A stretch of 64,000 bases of DNA from Vicugna vicugna. Lineage: Eukaryota. Within the stretch, counting starts at the first letter, position 1. The number at the start of each line of letters is the position of its first letter. Made by a program: the position numbers and the translations under genes. The stretch lies in contig MU058221.1 in the NCBI GenBank assembly GCA_013265495.1, positions 310,001 through 374,000 on the forward strand. Direction: 5' to 3'. Shown here piece by piece: positions 25,670 through 39,731 of the stretch. The notes under the pieces were generated by a model that was given only the letters and a program-made list of their open reading frames with translations, did not search any database and was not told where the DNA came from.

Positions 25670-27210
25670 CATGCCATCTAGAGTTTGTGTTGCAAGCAAC
25701 AGAAAAGCCTGGAGTTTACTGAAAGGATGTTAAGTTGCACACGGAATCACCAGGTATCCTCAAGATCTTACTTGGGGAACACTCGTAGTTAAGAGCAGCT
25801 GTGCGCTAGGAGATCCATCCACTGCCACTCTTGTCAGACGCTGGACTGCCCAGCTTGCTCCACTGATGCTGACCTACAAGATGCAGGCTGTCACCTTCCT
25901 CACTGTTGCATCTGGAAAGGTAATGCAGCTACCACCACCGCCGCCACCAAAGCCGAGTCTACGGCGTTTCCCACAGCTCAACTGACATCCCACCTCACGA
26001 ACTCCCATTTCACGGTCAGAGTGTGTCTCTAAACATTAGGGCTTAAGTCCTTTCAGGCCCTTTTGCTGCAAGAAAGGCTGGCTTCTCAGTTTCTCTGGGG
26101 GAGAAGGGGAGTCTGGCTCACGTGAAGACTTAAACACAGCTGCCGAACGAGAAGGGGCATGCCAATTATGGACTGGTAAAAGTGGTTATCACCTACAATC
26201 TAGCCCTTCGTTCAACAGCAGTGTGTGCTCCTTGCACTTCAAAGCAGTGCTCTTGCCTGTCATAGTGTGACTGCCTCTTATTTCAAGCAAAATATCTCAC
26301 CTCATCTCCAAAAGGAGACATCGAAATCATGTTACGTTTTGTGTCACCGTGATCTCTGGCTGTTCTGGCTCCCTTACTTCTGCCTGAATGCCATCCATGT
26401 TTAGGCAAGCTGCTGCCTAAGCCACAAAGGTAGCTGAACCCATTGTATCAACAGTGGGTAAGGTGAGAGAGGATAGAAATAGTCACACACGTATGGGAAG
26501 GAGGACAACGTGTGTAGTGTAGAGTCCTTAACTCTGGCACTAGTCACAAGATGGATTTATTATTTCTCTTATCTAGTAACAACGAAAGATGACTCCTGTC
26601 TTCACCCAGCACCTGAACTGATCAGCCGTCTGTCCACAGCGGGACAGCTCAGGCCTTCCGTCCTGACAGAGCCGACCCTCCGTGGTTCTCGCTGGGCAGG
26701 CTTGCAGTGGCCTTGAATTGCTTGTTACTTGAACCTAGCAGTAAAAAAGTGCAACCTAGGGAACCCCAGGGATGCCATCTGTGCTCCTCCTCGACCCCAC
26801 AGCTTGACAGCAAACCAGCTGCCCCGTGGCATCTAAAATCTGTTACCTGGACAACATCATAACCCTTTTTTGGCTTATTTATAGACTGACATCAGAGCAA
26901 CAGAATGGCCTGGTAACAGAATTCCAACTCAGGGGAAATACTGCTGCGTCCTTAGTGGAAACATTCTTCCATGAAGCATCAAAATCTCTAAACCGAGTTC
27001 AACGTGGAAGCAAGACTTGTGCCGACAAACCTTGAGGGCTGATCATGAAATGTTCTACCCTTTGGCTACCAGCCTTCCCCAGGAAGTCCCTCCCAAATGC
27101 AGCGGGCTCCAGACTGGTGAAAACACTTTGCCTTTTGTTTTATCTCAAGTGGAAGAGCATATATATTTGCACCGAAAGTGCCCACAACACGTCTACCGCC
27201 ACAAACGCAG
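25670..27210 (-). mobile_element. Old MaLR/ERVL LTR plus internal fragment
   Basis: MLT1-like terminus gttgcaagcaacagaaa. The internal motif actgctgcgtccttagtggaaacattcttcc...aaaatctctaaacc resembles MLT-int/ERVL. Confidence 0.5.
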
Positions 27211-27229
27211 GGCCCACCCTGGTTGATGG

Positions 27230-27430
27230 TGCAGGCGTTTGAATCAGACAACCCCGTGTTACTTTTAGCCAAGCCGGTTACTGGCAACGTGATCGTGGGC
27301 AAGTCACTTAGCAGCTTTGAGTTCTCGTTTTCCTGCCTGTAAAATGGAGCTAATACCAATATACACAGATTTTTTTTTTTTGTAATAAAGTAATATAGTT
27401 AAAGTGCGAAGCATATTGCCTGCTACTGTT
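27230..27430 (+). mobile_element. MIR fragment
   Basis: Core gtgatcgtgggcaagtcactta...ctcgttttcctgcctgtaaaatggagctaata. Confidence 0.75.
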
Positions 27431-28379
27431 GAGTCCCTGATTCACAGAAGCAGAGGTAATATTTAAAATGTGCTGCAACCAGCACGTCACAGTCACCGAG
27501 CAGTCAAAGCAGATTCAGGTTTTGACGCCTGAGCAAGGTCTTGGGGGCCTGACGTTGCATTTCAGTGGCAGAAGCCCTGGGGCAGCGAGGCTGTGATGAC
27601 TGCTCACCAGGCTGTCCAGAGACTCGTAGTAATGGGGATGGCGGGGGGTGGGGGTCGTGGCTGTGATAAGACATTCTCTTAGTGAGGGAAGCATAGAGAG
27701 AGAAATCGTCTCACATGGAAAGACTCACACTATGAGAAGTTAAGGAAAAATGTAATGGGCGGTAGAGTGAAAAAGAGGGAAGTCGTAAACTGAATGCAAA
27801 TTGTGTTCCCCAAATTTCAAAGCAGTATGGCTGGTTGTTCAGTAGCTTTTAACGGAGTAAAAATGTGACTTACTATTCTTGGCAATAGGAGCACTCCATA
27901 ATGCTTGGGTTTCCTTTACGAAACAACTAATTTTTAAGCGAAGTTTAGTTTTGTTTGTCAGTGTTTTCTTCCAGCCAAATAGAAACCCCTACCCGAGTTA
28001 ATTACATTTCGTTTTCTAAAATTTGTGAGAAAAGAAGTGAGCCTTTGGGCCACGCGTTCTGCTACACAGAACATAACACTCAGAATCAACTTTCAACTTT
28101 AGCTTTCGTATGTTTCTATTTTAAAACAACAGCTGTAACTAAAGATGTGTCCTCCTTTTGGGAGACTGCGTTTCAAGTGTCTTTTCCTGGGCGTCTACCA
28201 CCGTTAGGCAGATAGTGGGGTGCTCTGATTGACGGGTCTCGGTGTTCGTGAGGGAAGCAAGCATTCAAGCTGCGAAGGCCCTGGCTAACTCTCTGAGCTC
28301 CTGTCAGTCTCTCCTTGTTCACCATGCTCCAGAGAGACCGTTTTCCTGGTGGGGCCAAGCTTAGAGGTTTAGGTAATTC

Positions 28380-28695
28380 GCATTTACTCTGTCCTCCCTC
28401 TGGAAGGCTCTTGGCGTGACTGTCCCCTTCTCAGTATTTGCCTTAAAACCCACCTTCTTGGGAAGGCCTCGTGTGACAGTCTTAGCTGAAGTAGCAACAC
28501 CCGCCTGGCTCACTGCCTGGCTTTGTAGGTTTCTTTTAGAGATCTTTACCACCATCCAAAGTATTCATTTGTTTTTCTACTTATGATATGCCCTCCAGAT
28601 AAAAACTTCACCAGGCCAAGATTTTGGTATGATAGCCTTAGAAATGTGAACAGATCTTGGCACAAAGAGAGGACCCATAAATACTTCTTCAATAA
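28380..28695 (+). mobile_element. L2 3' fragment
   Basis: Motifs caccttcttgggaaggcct...cttggcacaaagagaggacccataaata. Confidence 0.55.
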
Positions 28696-29715
28696 AAGTA
28701 ATGACACAAAGCAAAACTAAATCACTTGGTTTTCAGTTCTTTAGGTTTTGAAAGCGACAGAACTTTACATCACTTTAGAAAAATGTCAACTGCCATGATG
28801 TGCGTCATGTACTTGAAAAAATAAACGTGAAGGCATCCTTGGGAACGGCAGGATGTGAGTTCAAGCTTACTCCATGTGAGTTCTTTGGCTATAAAACTTC
28901 ATCTCAGTAGCAGAAGGTGCTTGTATTAAAACAATTAAATTTAAGTCTCAATTATATTTCTTAAAAGTTCCAGCATTCTGGAGACCTGTTCCTGAGACCT
29001 TGAACTAATTTGCACTCATCTATTAAATATGTGCCCCTCTATACAGTCCTGTGCTGGGAGGTTGTGTTAATAATGGTTTATCTAATTTTTAAATCCCATG
29101 TTCAAAGGGGAAGCACGCATTTTCCCCCCTCTGGCTCCTTGTGGGGAGATAAGATGACTCAAGGGGTGAGAGAACAATAGATCAAACGTGAAACCACACA
29201 TCTGAAGCTGGAGGAAAACGTCAAAAAGAGAAAGCCAGATGCCAACTTTTGCAAAAGGAGACGTTCATGTTGAAGAAAGATAAAAGGAGGGGAAAGGGTT
29301 CTGTTATATAAAAGTTTCCAGAGCTTATACAAAAACAAAAAATTCACCCATTTTAATATCAGCTAGCGTATCATTGCCATCTAAGTGCTAACATCATTTT
29401 AGAAGAGTGTGCATACAGTGACGATATTCACACAATAGGTGACTGACGGAAGATAAGTATCTGAAGTACAATGGCAAGAAATGTGAAATACATAGAAATA
29501 TCATAACAATAAACGTAAGACACAAAAGAATAGCAATTCCCTATTGATTTCAAAATTAGAAGATTTTGATATTACTATTGAATAGTACAAAATATGCAAA
29601 TCATACGAAAATGATTCCCCAAATAATTGGGTTAATTCAAGTTAAAATCTTAATTCTGCATTTCTTATAAAGTTTTACGTAAGTATTCTAAAATTCCTCT
29701 AAATTCAATACTCAC

Positions 29716-30035
29716 GTTGTCCCAGAGGTCTCTTAAACTCTCGTTTCTTTTCCTCTGTTCTGTGGTGGTGATTCCCACTACTCTGTCTTCTAGCTCCCTG
29801 ATTGGTTCTTCTGCCTTATTTAGTTTATTCTTGGGTCCTTCTCAGGTACAGTTCATTTCAGGGACTGTATTCTTCAACTCTGTTTGGGCGTTACTTACAT
29901 TTCCTAGCTCTTTCTTGAAAACTTCTCTCTGTGCCTACACGCCTCCTGAGTTCTCTGAACATCTTTGCCATCATCACTATGAACTTTTTCTTGGATAGGT
30001 TGCCTATCTCCTCATCACTCATATCTTCTGGGGTT
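29716..30035 (-). mobile_element. L1 ORF1 fragment (same family as 21170-21500)
   Basis: The reverse complement aligns by eye with 21170-21500 (cccagaaga.at....gatgaggagat.ggcaa ... tttaagaga.ct..ggacaac). Confidence 0.85.
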
Positions 30036-30212
30036 TTACACATTGTACTAGGTGTTGTAAGTAATCTAGAGATGATTTAAAGTACACGGGAGGGTGTGTG
30101 AAGGTTAAATGCAAATATTGTGCCACTTTATGTAGGGGACTTGAGCATTCCCAGATTGCGGTGTCTGCGAGGAGCCTGGAACCACCCCCCACGGATACTG
30201 CGGGACGGCTGC
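30036..30212 (+). mobile_element. MER2-like Tigger MITE, right half only
   Basis: Sequence gtaagtaatctagagatgatttaaagta...gggacttgagcat...cctggaacca.ccccccacggatac.gcgggacg.ctg. Confidence 0.85.
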
Positions 30213-31051
30213 ATGTGTTACTGCGTCGCGCGACTTGGACCGACGTTCGGTGGGTTAGTCCCTTTGCCTCTGTTAGCATTTGCGTCGTCATGTGAATAAT
30301 CACGTTGACATTTTCCTCCCTTGCTATATGGAGAGCACCTGACAGCAGAGATGGTCTCTGCCACTGTTCCCTGTTGTAATCCCAGCACGCGGTTTGGAGC
30401 CCAGCTGTCACCGAATTCTCTTAAAGTAGTTACTGGATAAAAAGAGGTGGATTAGATAGACAAGGCTACCTAATTTTGAAAACAAAATGGAGACTGTGTA
30501 TCACCTGTGGGGGCTGGTAGCAGCACGTGAAACCCAGATCTGTTAAGAATCTAAGTGGTGAAAATAACAGGTGACAGAAATTATGGGAAGTCATGGGAAT
30601 CAAACCATGTGACCACGAACCCAATTTCATTACACTCTTGATGAAAGTAAGGGCCAAAGTAAGCTTGCGAATTAATTTATGTCTGTTACTAATAAGAGAA
30701 GTTACATGTGGTTCTTCAACTGGGGTCAACCATGTGGGTGAAGGAATTGATACGCAAGAACTCCGCACTTGGCAAAATAATCTCCTTCTGAGTCCTCGGG
30801 ATGGGGCTGGCTAAGGAGAAGGGGGTCACGCTGGCGTCACCAGCTGACCCATCACCGTTTCACTACAGAAATTTCAAGACGCCCAAACATTAGTGTATGA
30901 AGATTGTAGAACTGAGTTACTAATAACAGAAGAAAAATGGTGGACAAAGCCTAAACGAACAGTGATAGACGAATGGCCGAATCAGTCTGTAATTGACTAG
31001 CAATGCGTACTCATAAGGCGAGGAAGTGGGAACTAATCTGCCGTCTCTAGA

Positions 31052-31273
31052 GCATGTACTCCTCAAACTATCTGTGATGCAGAGATTTTTTTCAATTTCT
31101 AATTTATTTCAGACTGGCATTTTATGAAACACAATAATAATTTTCAGCAACATTAAATTGCCGTAAATTTTCTAAGCACTTTCCCTGATAGCCTGTACTT
31201 ACCTGTTTGTGGACCAATTACAAACAGTTCAGAAACAGTCCTAAGTCTGTGGACCACACTTTGTGCAACACAG
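31052..31273 (+). mobile_element. hAT-Charlie MITE (MER119-like)
   Basis: Ends ctcctcaaactatctgtg and gtggaccacactttgtgcaacac. Confidence 0.55.
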
Positions 31274-34200
31274 CTTTACAAAACTTTGTAAACATGCTCA
31301 TTGATTCAAAACAGAAATATCTTTAAAACAATTGCATCTCAACTATGCCACATAAATGCATGGACTTCTGTGGCGTGTTTCCCACTAAGATATATTCACC
31401 CTGAAGTGTCTGTGTGTAATACTGACTACACTGGGGACTATGCGAGTTACTTGTCATCAACTGGTTTTACGCCACAAATATCGACACTGGGAACTTTGCT
31501 GTTAGAACATTCTAGGTTTTGTGCAGCAACCATGAGCTGCTATTTAGGATGCTTTATAATATACTAAATTTTTCTCTTGCAAACAAAGTATCTTGGTTTT
31601 AATGTGTCCATTTTCCTCTGTAAATAAAACTATCACTCAAGTGCATTCTCGAGAAAATGTTAGCTAGAGTTCACGCACGTCAGGAAACAAATAACTGCTC
31701 TAATCCGAGCCAGAAATCCTTTCCAAAGAGCTAATTAACTCTGAGGACCTGAAGCCAACAGGACTGCCCACCTTCACCCTGGAGAGGGCAGACAGGCCTT
31801 ACTTCCCTGTAAAACACTCACAGACTCTGTTAATAGTTAAGGTCTGGCAGTGGAAATCCAGAGGTTGAGTTTTTAGTGTTGTTAGATTATCCCAGGGCAG
31901 CGTCAGTTTCTGGCATTGATAACGCACGCAATGGCTTTCCGGCAGGACACAGCCACAGGGTTCCTGGCAGAGCCACTGAGCAAGGTTTTTGTAAGCAGAT
32001 CCATATCATTTTTGACAGGGCTAACATATGGCTCTAAATTTTTGGCCAAAGCCTGCTTTGCGGTTTCTATCAGAAGAGACCCTACACGCTCTTTGGCAAC
32101 ACTGCCATGCGATGTAAAGGATTTAATTCCTGGAAGTATATTGCCACAATGATTTGCTACAGAACAAATTTCAAAGTTGGTTTCCTGCCAACGTAAAATT
32201 CTATAGGTCATGTCAAGGCCGATGCCGCAGTGAGCTTCCAGCGACAAGACACTGAGCTGAGCTTTCAGTGCCTTCATGCTCACACTCTGCCATACTCCTG
32301 AGCGTTTCCATGAGTGAAAAGGGAATGTTTTCTACACGAGAGAACATGCAGCCACTATGTGTTCTGTGCGTGCGCTTATGAGGATTTTCCAGCACCTGTC
32401 ACATGTCTAACACAGTGAACTGCAGTTGTTTAAAAATTTCTCTTTAAATTGTAAATGAGCCAGTGTGTGTTCACAGTAACACTAAGGTTGGAAAGAACAA
32501 CAATGTGCCATGGCTCAGAATGCAATGTAATTCTTTCATCTTTCTGTTCTGACCACAGGCTAATTCAGCAGCTTCACTGACTGCAAATATCTGAAGGGCA
32601 GAAACTCTGGCCTTCAAAGGTGATTAAAGTTCAAGGTACAGGACAGGAGCAGCAACAGATCCTTCAGTGAGGGTGATACATCGTTGTTTTTTCCTTAAAA
32701 CAGCGCTGTCCCGGTGTGTGCATTTACAACACTGTTCTAATGCTGCTCCTGATACTGAAATTGACACTGTCACCTGACATCTTCTGTTTCCATCTTAACT
32801 GGGATAAGCTGGCTTAGGGCTAACTTAATAAATGTGGATTCAGATGAGAGAGTTCTCAAATTAAAGATCACAGAATCATTGTATTTTATTTGATTTATAT
32901 AAAATATTAAACAAACTAACAAGAAAAGCAAGCGTTCTTCAGCTCAGAATAAAAGTACTTTTCAGAAATGATTATTATTCAACTAAAGCAAACAAAAAAT
33001 TACTCTAGTTTGCTTCTCATCTGTTTTATGGTGCCTCTGGGGTCTTATTATAATAATTACTTCAATGTAGCTTTTAAATGTGTTTATTATCATTCTTTAA
33101 AAAAAGAAGAAAACACTGTCCCTAAACCAAAGGCTAGTCACATGTGAGTGACCCTTAAGATACATGTGGATGAACTTCAATGAGCAAAATAACTTGAGGA
33201 AAAATGTCTAGGTGAAATGAAAGGTATAAAACTTGCAGGCAAATGAAGATTAATTGTGTGATGTTTGTTTCTTTGTGATTCATTCTGGTTTTCCTAAAAA
33301 ACACAAAGTAAAGGAAAAGTTAGGAACACCCTGTAAGAACATTTTCTGGGTGACCTTTGGGGCTAGAGTGGTGAATTGATGGAAGAATTGTAGTGGTAAT
33401 TCCAGACTGGCTCGTCCCTCACTAGGGTTCCTTCTCCAAAGTCTGAAAAAGAGCTTCAAAGCTAATTTCTCTACTTTTTTTTTTCATCAACAGCTTGCAA
33501 AAGTAGCCTGTACTAGGTCAAACTCTGGTTGTTCTCCCATAATTATTCTAATAATTTTAGAATCGTCTTCCTATATCTGATGCAAACTTAAGACAGGAAT
33601 GTCACAGACCCTCAACATTTCATTCATTTATTGGTTCAATCAATAAGTAGTACTTGGAGTAACAATTATGTGCCAGGTATTTAAGATGTAGTGATTGGGT
33701 GTGGAGTGTCCTTACAGAGTTCAAAACCCTGAACCTCATAAGGGAAACCTTGGCAGTTATAATTAATTTTTGTCTTCCCAAAAAAGAAGAATGATAAGAT
33801 AAGACTTACAGCCCAATCAAATCGAAAGATCTCAAAATTTCCCAGTGAATCATGGTTTAATTTGAAACACTTGTCATGTATGACTCTACTAAATATATGT
33901 ACAATGTAATTTACTGCAAATAAGATATAAGAATGTGACACCAGGAAAAAGCAGTAACACAATGATGACTCACCACCACTTTGTTTTACAGTTTTGTGTT
34001 AATGCAGGACCGTCTCACACAACTAAATGCTCATGTTTCAAGCCAAAGAGTTTGAGAGTCACTGATCTGGCCGGTCCAGTCAACCACTGGTTCAAACCCA
34101 AAAGACGGCCAAACACAGGGGAGCAATAAGTCTGACCTGGCAGATTACTGAAAACGACAGTAGGTCCCGCATGATAGGAAAAGACTCCTGGTCTGTGGCC

Positions 34201-35324
34201 TTCCTTTGCCTTTGTATGTTATAACTTAGGATGCTTGAGATTCTTGGTAGGTAATTATAGAGAAGTAGGTCGAGGAGGTGAAAATTTATCCTGAAGACTG
34301 AGACATCAAAAGAGAGTCAGACTCTCCCACCTCTGACCAGGGAAAAGGAAGGGACTCCAGGTAACTGAGCCGAGTCAAGTGAACTACGTCAAGAGTGATG
34401 ATTATGTTTCTAAAGCAGAACAGTTAAAGAGCCTTTGGGGTATCGAACAGAAATAGGGGCCCGCTTCCCCTGAGAAAAGACAATCATTGATTTTCAAAGC
34501 ACTTATTAGGCACTAAAGAAAAACTGTAGATGTTACTGCGCTAACTTAAGAGTGAGGAAAGCACCCTCACGAGTTAAATGAGTAACTCAAGGAAGCAGAC
34601 GCAGGGCTGGCGTGCAGTGGGCTGGTGCCACCTGCCGTCAGCTGCGTCGCCCCACCAGACTCTCCCTGAGCCTGTGGTTCCGTTTGCTGCTGGGAGCGAG
34701 TGACTGAGGAATCTCCTGTCCAGCCGTGTCAGAGCACAGACCCGCTAACTACATTTCTCGTTTCCATCCTCACAGAGCAGCCCAGGTGCCTCTGTACGGG
34801 GTCAGGAATATCAGATTTCAACATGAAACCTTGAATTCTTAAACACGTGATTTTTTTTTTTTTACTTTCTCCATAATTAAAAAATGATGGCCACAGGAGA
34901 AATAATATTAGTAAATTCATTAATTAGAGGTTTCCCCCCCTCTATGAACATAACTTTAGCTCACCTGTTCGGCCGTCGCTAAAGCCGTTCTACTCCATAG
35001 AGCAGAGCCGTGTCTGAGCTTCCCGCTGCTGTGCCTCCGGCTGCGTTGCCTCCTACTCCACATCTTGTCAAGTTACAGTATCATCAAGGCGCAGGCTAAG
35101 GTAACACAGTATTAGGTTTCCCAACAGAAGTATAAATGAACTCTGACTTATAAATCGGCTAATTATTTTTTGTGCCACATCATTAGCTGTGGAAAGTCTT
35201 TAGCCTTAAATGCATTATTGACAGAAGATTCAAGCTTATCATTTATAAAAGCAGCAATAGCCTCATCCAAGGACGTGTTGCAGCTGAGCCGTGAGAAAGA
35301 ATTTCTTTGATTTTTCTCATCTTA

Positions 35325-36050
35325 TAACTATTTTTTTCACTCTAAATGTAATAATTGTTCATTGTAGAAAATAAAGGCAGATACACAAAACCACAGAGAA
35401 AGAAAGAAAAATTGCTGGCACCCCACAACTCAGAGGTAACTATTATTAACCTAACCAGGCTTTAGACTATATCTGTTATATGCAAAACGTATAAACATGT
35501 ATACGCAAATGTATTTAGATGCTCACAAGTTGGTACAGTAATATATTCCTTTTTATAGCCCAATATCTTTCTCACTTAACAATAAAGTGGAAGCAGATCT
35601 CTATGTCATTAAAATATTTTATATAAAGTTATATTTATGTATATGAAATTCATAATGGACCAGCATCTATTTAGTCAACATTATGATTTACTTTATTTCA
35701 GGGTTTTAAACTATTATAAACAGCATGGAAGGAACTCCAGGAGGAATACAGTTACAGAAAACAAAATGACGTTAACCACTATGATGGCTTCCTAAGAATA
35801 AATTAACTGAAAGAGTCAAAGAATATGTATTATTAAATTCTTTTTCCTAAAATGTTATGCCATTTTAATATCTGCCAGCAGAGAGGTAAGAGCTCTTGCA
35901 TCTTTATCACTGCTGAAAGGGACTATTATCAGAGCTTTTAAACACCAATTTAACAGATTAAAGGTTTTATCTCATTCTTATTTAACCGAAGGTCTTTGAC
36001 TATTAAGTGGAAATTATTTCAGTATAGACACTGGTTATTTGTCATGAATC
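35325..36050 (-). mobile_element. Very old L1ME-like 3' fragment
   Basis: Motifs gttcattgtagaaaat, cccacaactcagaggtaactatt and tttctcacttaacaata. Confidence 0.55.
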
Positions 36051-36253
36051 ATAATTGACTTTTTTGTTGTATTCATCTCATCATTCATTTGTTCATTCAT
36101 TCATTCGGTAAGTACTCACGGTGCTGCAGTCAGCATCATTTCAGTTTCTGGTGAAGAAGATAACCTTCTGCTCTCATTCTGTGCATGTGCTCCTGAGGGG
36201 AGACAAATAATAAACAAAGCACCAAAAATAAATAAGTTAACTTTTGGACCGTT

Positions 36254-36712
36254 TGTATTTATTTCTTCGGGCTGCTGTAGCAAATCACCACAAACTGGGT
36301 GGCTCAACCAACAGAAATTCATTCCGTCACAGCTCAGAAGCTGGAAGTTTGAAATCTAGGTGTCGGCAGGACCGTGTTCTCTCTGTCTTTAGGAGGAGAA
36401 CCTTCCTTGCCTCTTCCAGCCTTTCATGGCTCCAGGCATTTCTTTGCCTTGTGGCTTCAGCAGTCCAGTCTTTGCCGCCATCTTCTTCTCTCTCTGTGTA
36501 TCCCCTGTGCACCTGTGTCCAAATGCACCTCTCCTGTTTCTCATAAAGATATCGCCATTGGATTTAGAGACCACCCAAATCCAGCGTGACCTCATTTTAG
36601 CTCTATCACATCTGCAAAGGTTTATTTCCAAATAAGGCTGTATTTACAGGTATCAGGGCTTAGGACCTGAACCTATCTTTTGGGGGAAGGGTGCAAAATT
36701 CGACTCACCACA
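36254..36712 (-). mobile_element. MLT1C-like LTR inserted in an L2 fragment (L2 at about 36080-36250 and 36713-36900)
   Basis: TG...CA ends and motifs gggctgctgtagcaaatcaccacaaactgggtggct and cacatctgcaaag...tttccaaataagg. A (TTCA)n L2 tail lies upstream. Confidence 0.85.
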
Positions 36713-37737
36713 CTGGGACAAACACTAGGAAGGAAACAAAGGTTTGAATTAAACTTCTGTGATGGAGTGTGATCAGGGATGGGTCGGGGACCTATTTAGA
36801 TGCAGCGTCCAGGGGAGTCCTCTCTGGGAGGATTGCCACTGAAGTTAGACCTGAAGGGTGAGCAGGAAGCCAGTCACACAGAGAGCTCCAAGCAGAAAAA
36901 AAAGAAGAAACACAGCTAGTTCAGGGTCCCCAAGAGCTGGAGTTTTACAGGATAGGTAGGGGTTGGTCACACAGGACTTTACAGACCGCACTCAAGAGAT
37001 TTTAATCAATCAGGGTATAAAATAATCTTAAAATAACTACAAATAGGGTGGCTACTATATGTCAGGGAATAAGGAAACAGGTTTTATACGCCTTATTTCA
37101 TACATACAGAGAAATATCTTTATTACCCTCTTCTAATAATAATAAAGGCTCAGAAATTCTAAGCAACTTTTTCTAAGGTTAAAAGATAACTAGGAACATT
37201 TCTAATTGTTTTGTGACTGCTTTTTCTGTGTTTAGTATGTTAATATATATTTCTTTTGATTTGTAATTTCCTTTTTAATTAGTCTTTGGGCTTTTTAACC
37301 AACAGGTACTGATACACTTCTCTCTATCGATGTACTTAGCTATCTATTTATCTATGTACCTACTTATCTATTATCTTGTTTTATGAACTTTGCCTTTCTT
37401 TGTGTGATTAGGGGGAAAAAACCTGCACCATCAGGGACTATAATAAATGATGGTCCTCATTTTATTCTAATAGTCTTATGCATTCCTTTCTGTTTTGTTT
37501 TCTGTTTGTTTTTCATTTATTTTAAATGCACTTCTTTCATTCATCTGCAGAATACTTTTGAACTAGCATTCATTTTGATTCTTCTGACCAGTACATCAGA
37601 GAAAAAAAAAAAAAGTGGTGTCATAACAAAGACTTTTTCCTGGTACAAGATTTGCCCAAAGCCCATGTGCACAATTACCCCACACCTAAATCCACATTGG
37701 CAAAAATCATTCTCTAATTCAGGTCATGGTATAACCC

Positions 37738-38713
37738 TGTCTTGATCCGTTCAGATTTCTACAATGAAAATACCATAGGCAGGGTAAGTTTAACAAGAAA
37801 CAGTCCTTTCTCACAGTTCTGGAAGCTGGGGACTCGCAGATCAAGGTGCCCGCAGAACCCATGTCTGTTGAAAGTCCTTTTCCTGGTTTGAAGATGGCAA
37901 TTTTCTTTTAGTTTCCTCATAGGGTGGAAAGTACAGAGAGGAAGTTCTGTTGTTTCTTCCTATTCGCCACCCTCATGACCTCATCTAAAACAAATTACTT
38001 TCCAAAGTTCCCATCATTAAAAGCCTTTGGGTTTCATGTACACCTGTCAGTATCTGCAAATCTTGAACTCCCAGTTTATCCCTTCCCACCCTCCTCCCCA
38101 CTGGCAGCCACAAGTCTGCATTCTGTGCCTGTGAGTCTGTTTCTGTTTTATATATAAGATCATTTGTCATTGTCTTTTTTTTTTTGATTCTACATATGAG
38201 TGATACCATATGGCATTTTTCTTTCTCTTTCTTTTTCTGGTTTACTTCACTTAGAATGACATTCTCCAGGGACATCTGTGTTGCTGCAAATTGCATTTTG
38301 TTGTCATTTTTTATAGCTCAGTAGTATTCTATTGTATAAATATACTACAACTTCTTTATCCAGTCATCTATCGATGGACATTTAAGTTGTTTCCATGCCT
38401 TGGCTATATAGAAAATGGATAAACAAGTTTATACTGTATAGCACAGGGAAATATATTCAATATTTGTAGTAGCTTATGGTGAAAAAGAATATGAAAATGA
38501 ATGTATGTATATTCATGTATGACTGAAGAATTGTGTTGTACACCAGAAATTGACTCAACATTGTAAACTGACAACAATTCAATAAAAAAATAAATAAATA
38601 AAATTTCAAGGCAAAAAACCGAAAGACAAACAAACAAAAAAGCCTTTATGTTGGGGGTTAGTGTTTCAACATAGGAATTTGGGGCAGGGGACATGAATAT
38701 TCAGTGTACCACA
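37738..38713 (-). mobile_element. MLT1A-like LTR split by an L1 insertion
   Basis: Left part ctcacagttctggaagctggg...gatcaaggtgcc...ctcatgacctcatctaa; right part ttgggggttag...tttcaacataggaatttgggg. Confidence 0.85.
38029..38637 (+). mobile_element. Camelid-type L1, 5'-truncated with 5' inversion
   Basis: A minus segment at about 38038-38406 (FAATQMSLENVILSEVNQK) is followed by a plus 3'UTR and A-rich tail. The TSD AAAAGCCTTT is at 38019-38028 and 38638-38647. Confidence 0.92.
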
Positions 38714-39291
38714 AATCTCTAGTTCTTGAATTTTCAAATCACAGCTTTGCAATAATCTTCTCTACTGGTTTCCTGCAATGCCGCATTTCTTAAACAAAGA
38801 GGAAGTTGCTGTGAGTCAGCTTTTGGCATATCCTTTCCTTTGTTTACATTTTGTTCCAGGGATATCTGATGTATCAAATTTACTCTAATGCAATGACTCC
38901 ATATCTAGACTCCAAAAATGACTCAGGCTTTCCCTGTTTCCTTTCATCATATCAATAAAGTTTGAGAAAAAAGATTAGGGAAGTTGTGTTCTTGGGGTAA
39001 TTTTATTAGATATTTAGCATTAAACGTATTTCAATCTTCCAATATATAGAAAAACATAGCTTCTAATGAACTTCCAGATTCTCATCAAAATGACAATTTC
39101 ATGTAATTTTCACATTTTTCAGAGTTAAATTTTTACCATCCATGCCACTGGCTTTAATACAATGTCTTGTTTGTTTTCTGTATCAGTCATTCACCACCTT
39201 TCCCAGTGCACCAGATCTCGTAGTTGTTAGTTCTTGGTCACATTGTGAGGCTTTCTAACAGAATCAAATATCAAATAGTATCAGGAAGAAG

Positions 39292-39731
39292 TGTTACTGA
39301 GTCCCAGCTTGCTCTGCTCGTGCACGACAGGCCAATACATTGGGAGATGAGGTGCTGGGGCAAGGAATAGTGACTTTATTTGGAAAGTCAGCAGACCGAG
39401 AGGATGGCAGACAATGTCTTGGAGAACCATCCTACTCCAGTCAGAATACAGGCTCCTTTCATGCACACAAAAAAAGGGGTGTGTGTGGAAGGGGTGTGGT
39501 TAGTTGTTGCAAACTTCTGGCTGCAGGAATTCTTTGTTCCTGAAGCTGTCCACGTGGGCCAGCTCATGGTGCTCCTGCAAAACCTCCAACAAAACAAATG
39601 TCATTCTCTATTCTGCAATTTTGTTATCTTCACGTGAGGGCAGAGCTAGCAAGACAGCCTAGGAAACCGCCCAGTCCTTAAAACTAAAGGAACAGAGCTA
39701 ATAATAGTCAGATTTGTTCTTTTCTATTACA
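39292..39731 (-). mobile_element. ERV1-type solo LTR (440 bp)
   Basis: TGTTA...TTACA ends, 4-bp TSD GAAG on both sides, AATAAA on the minus strand. Confidence 0.9.
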
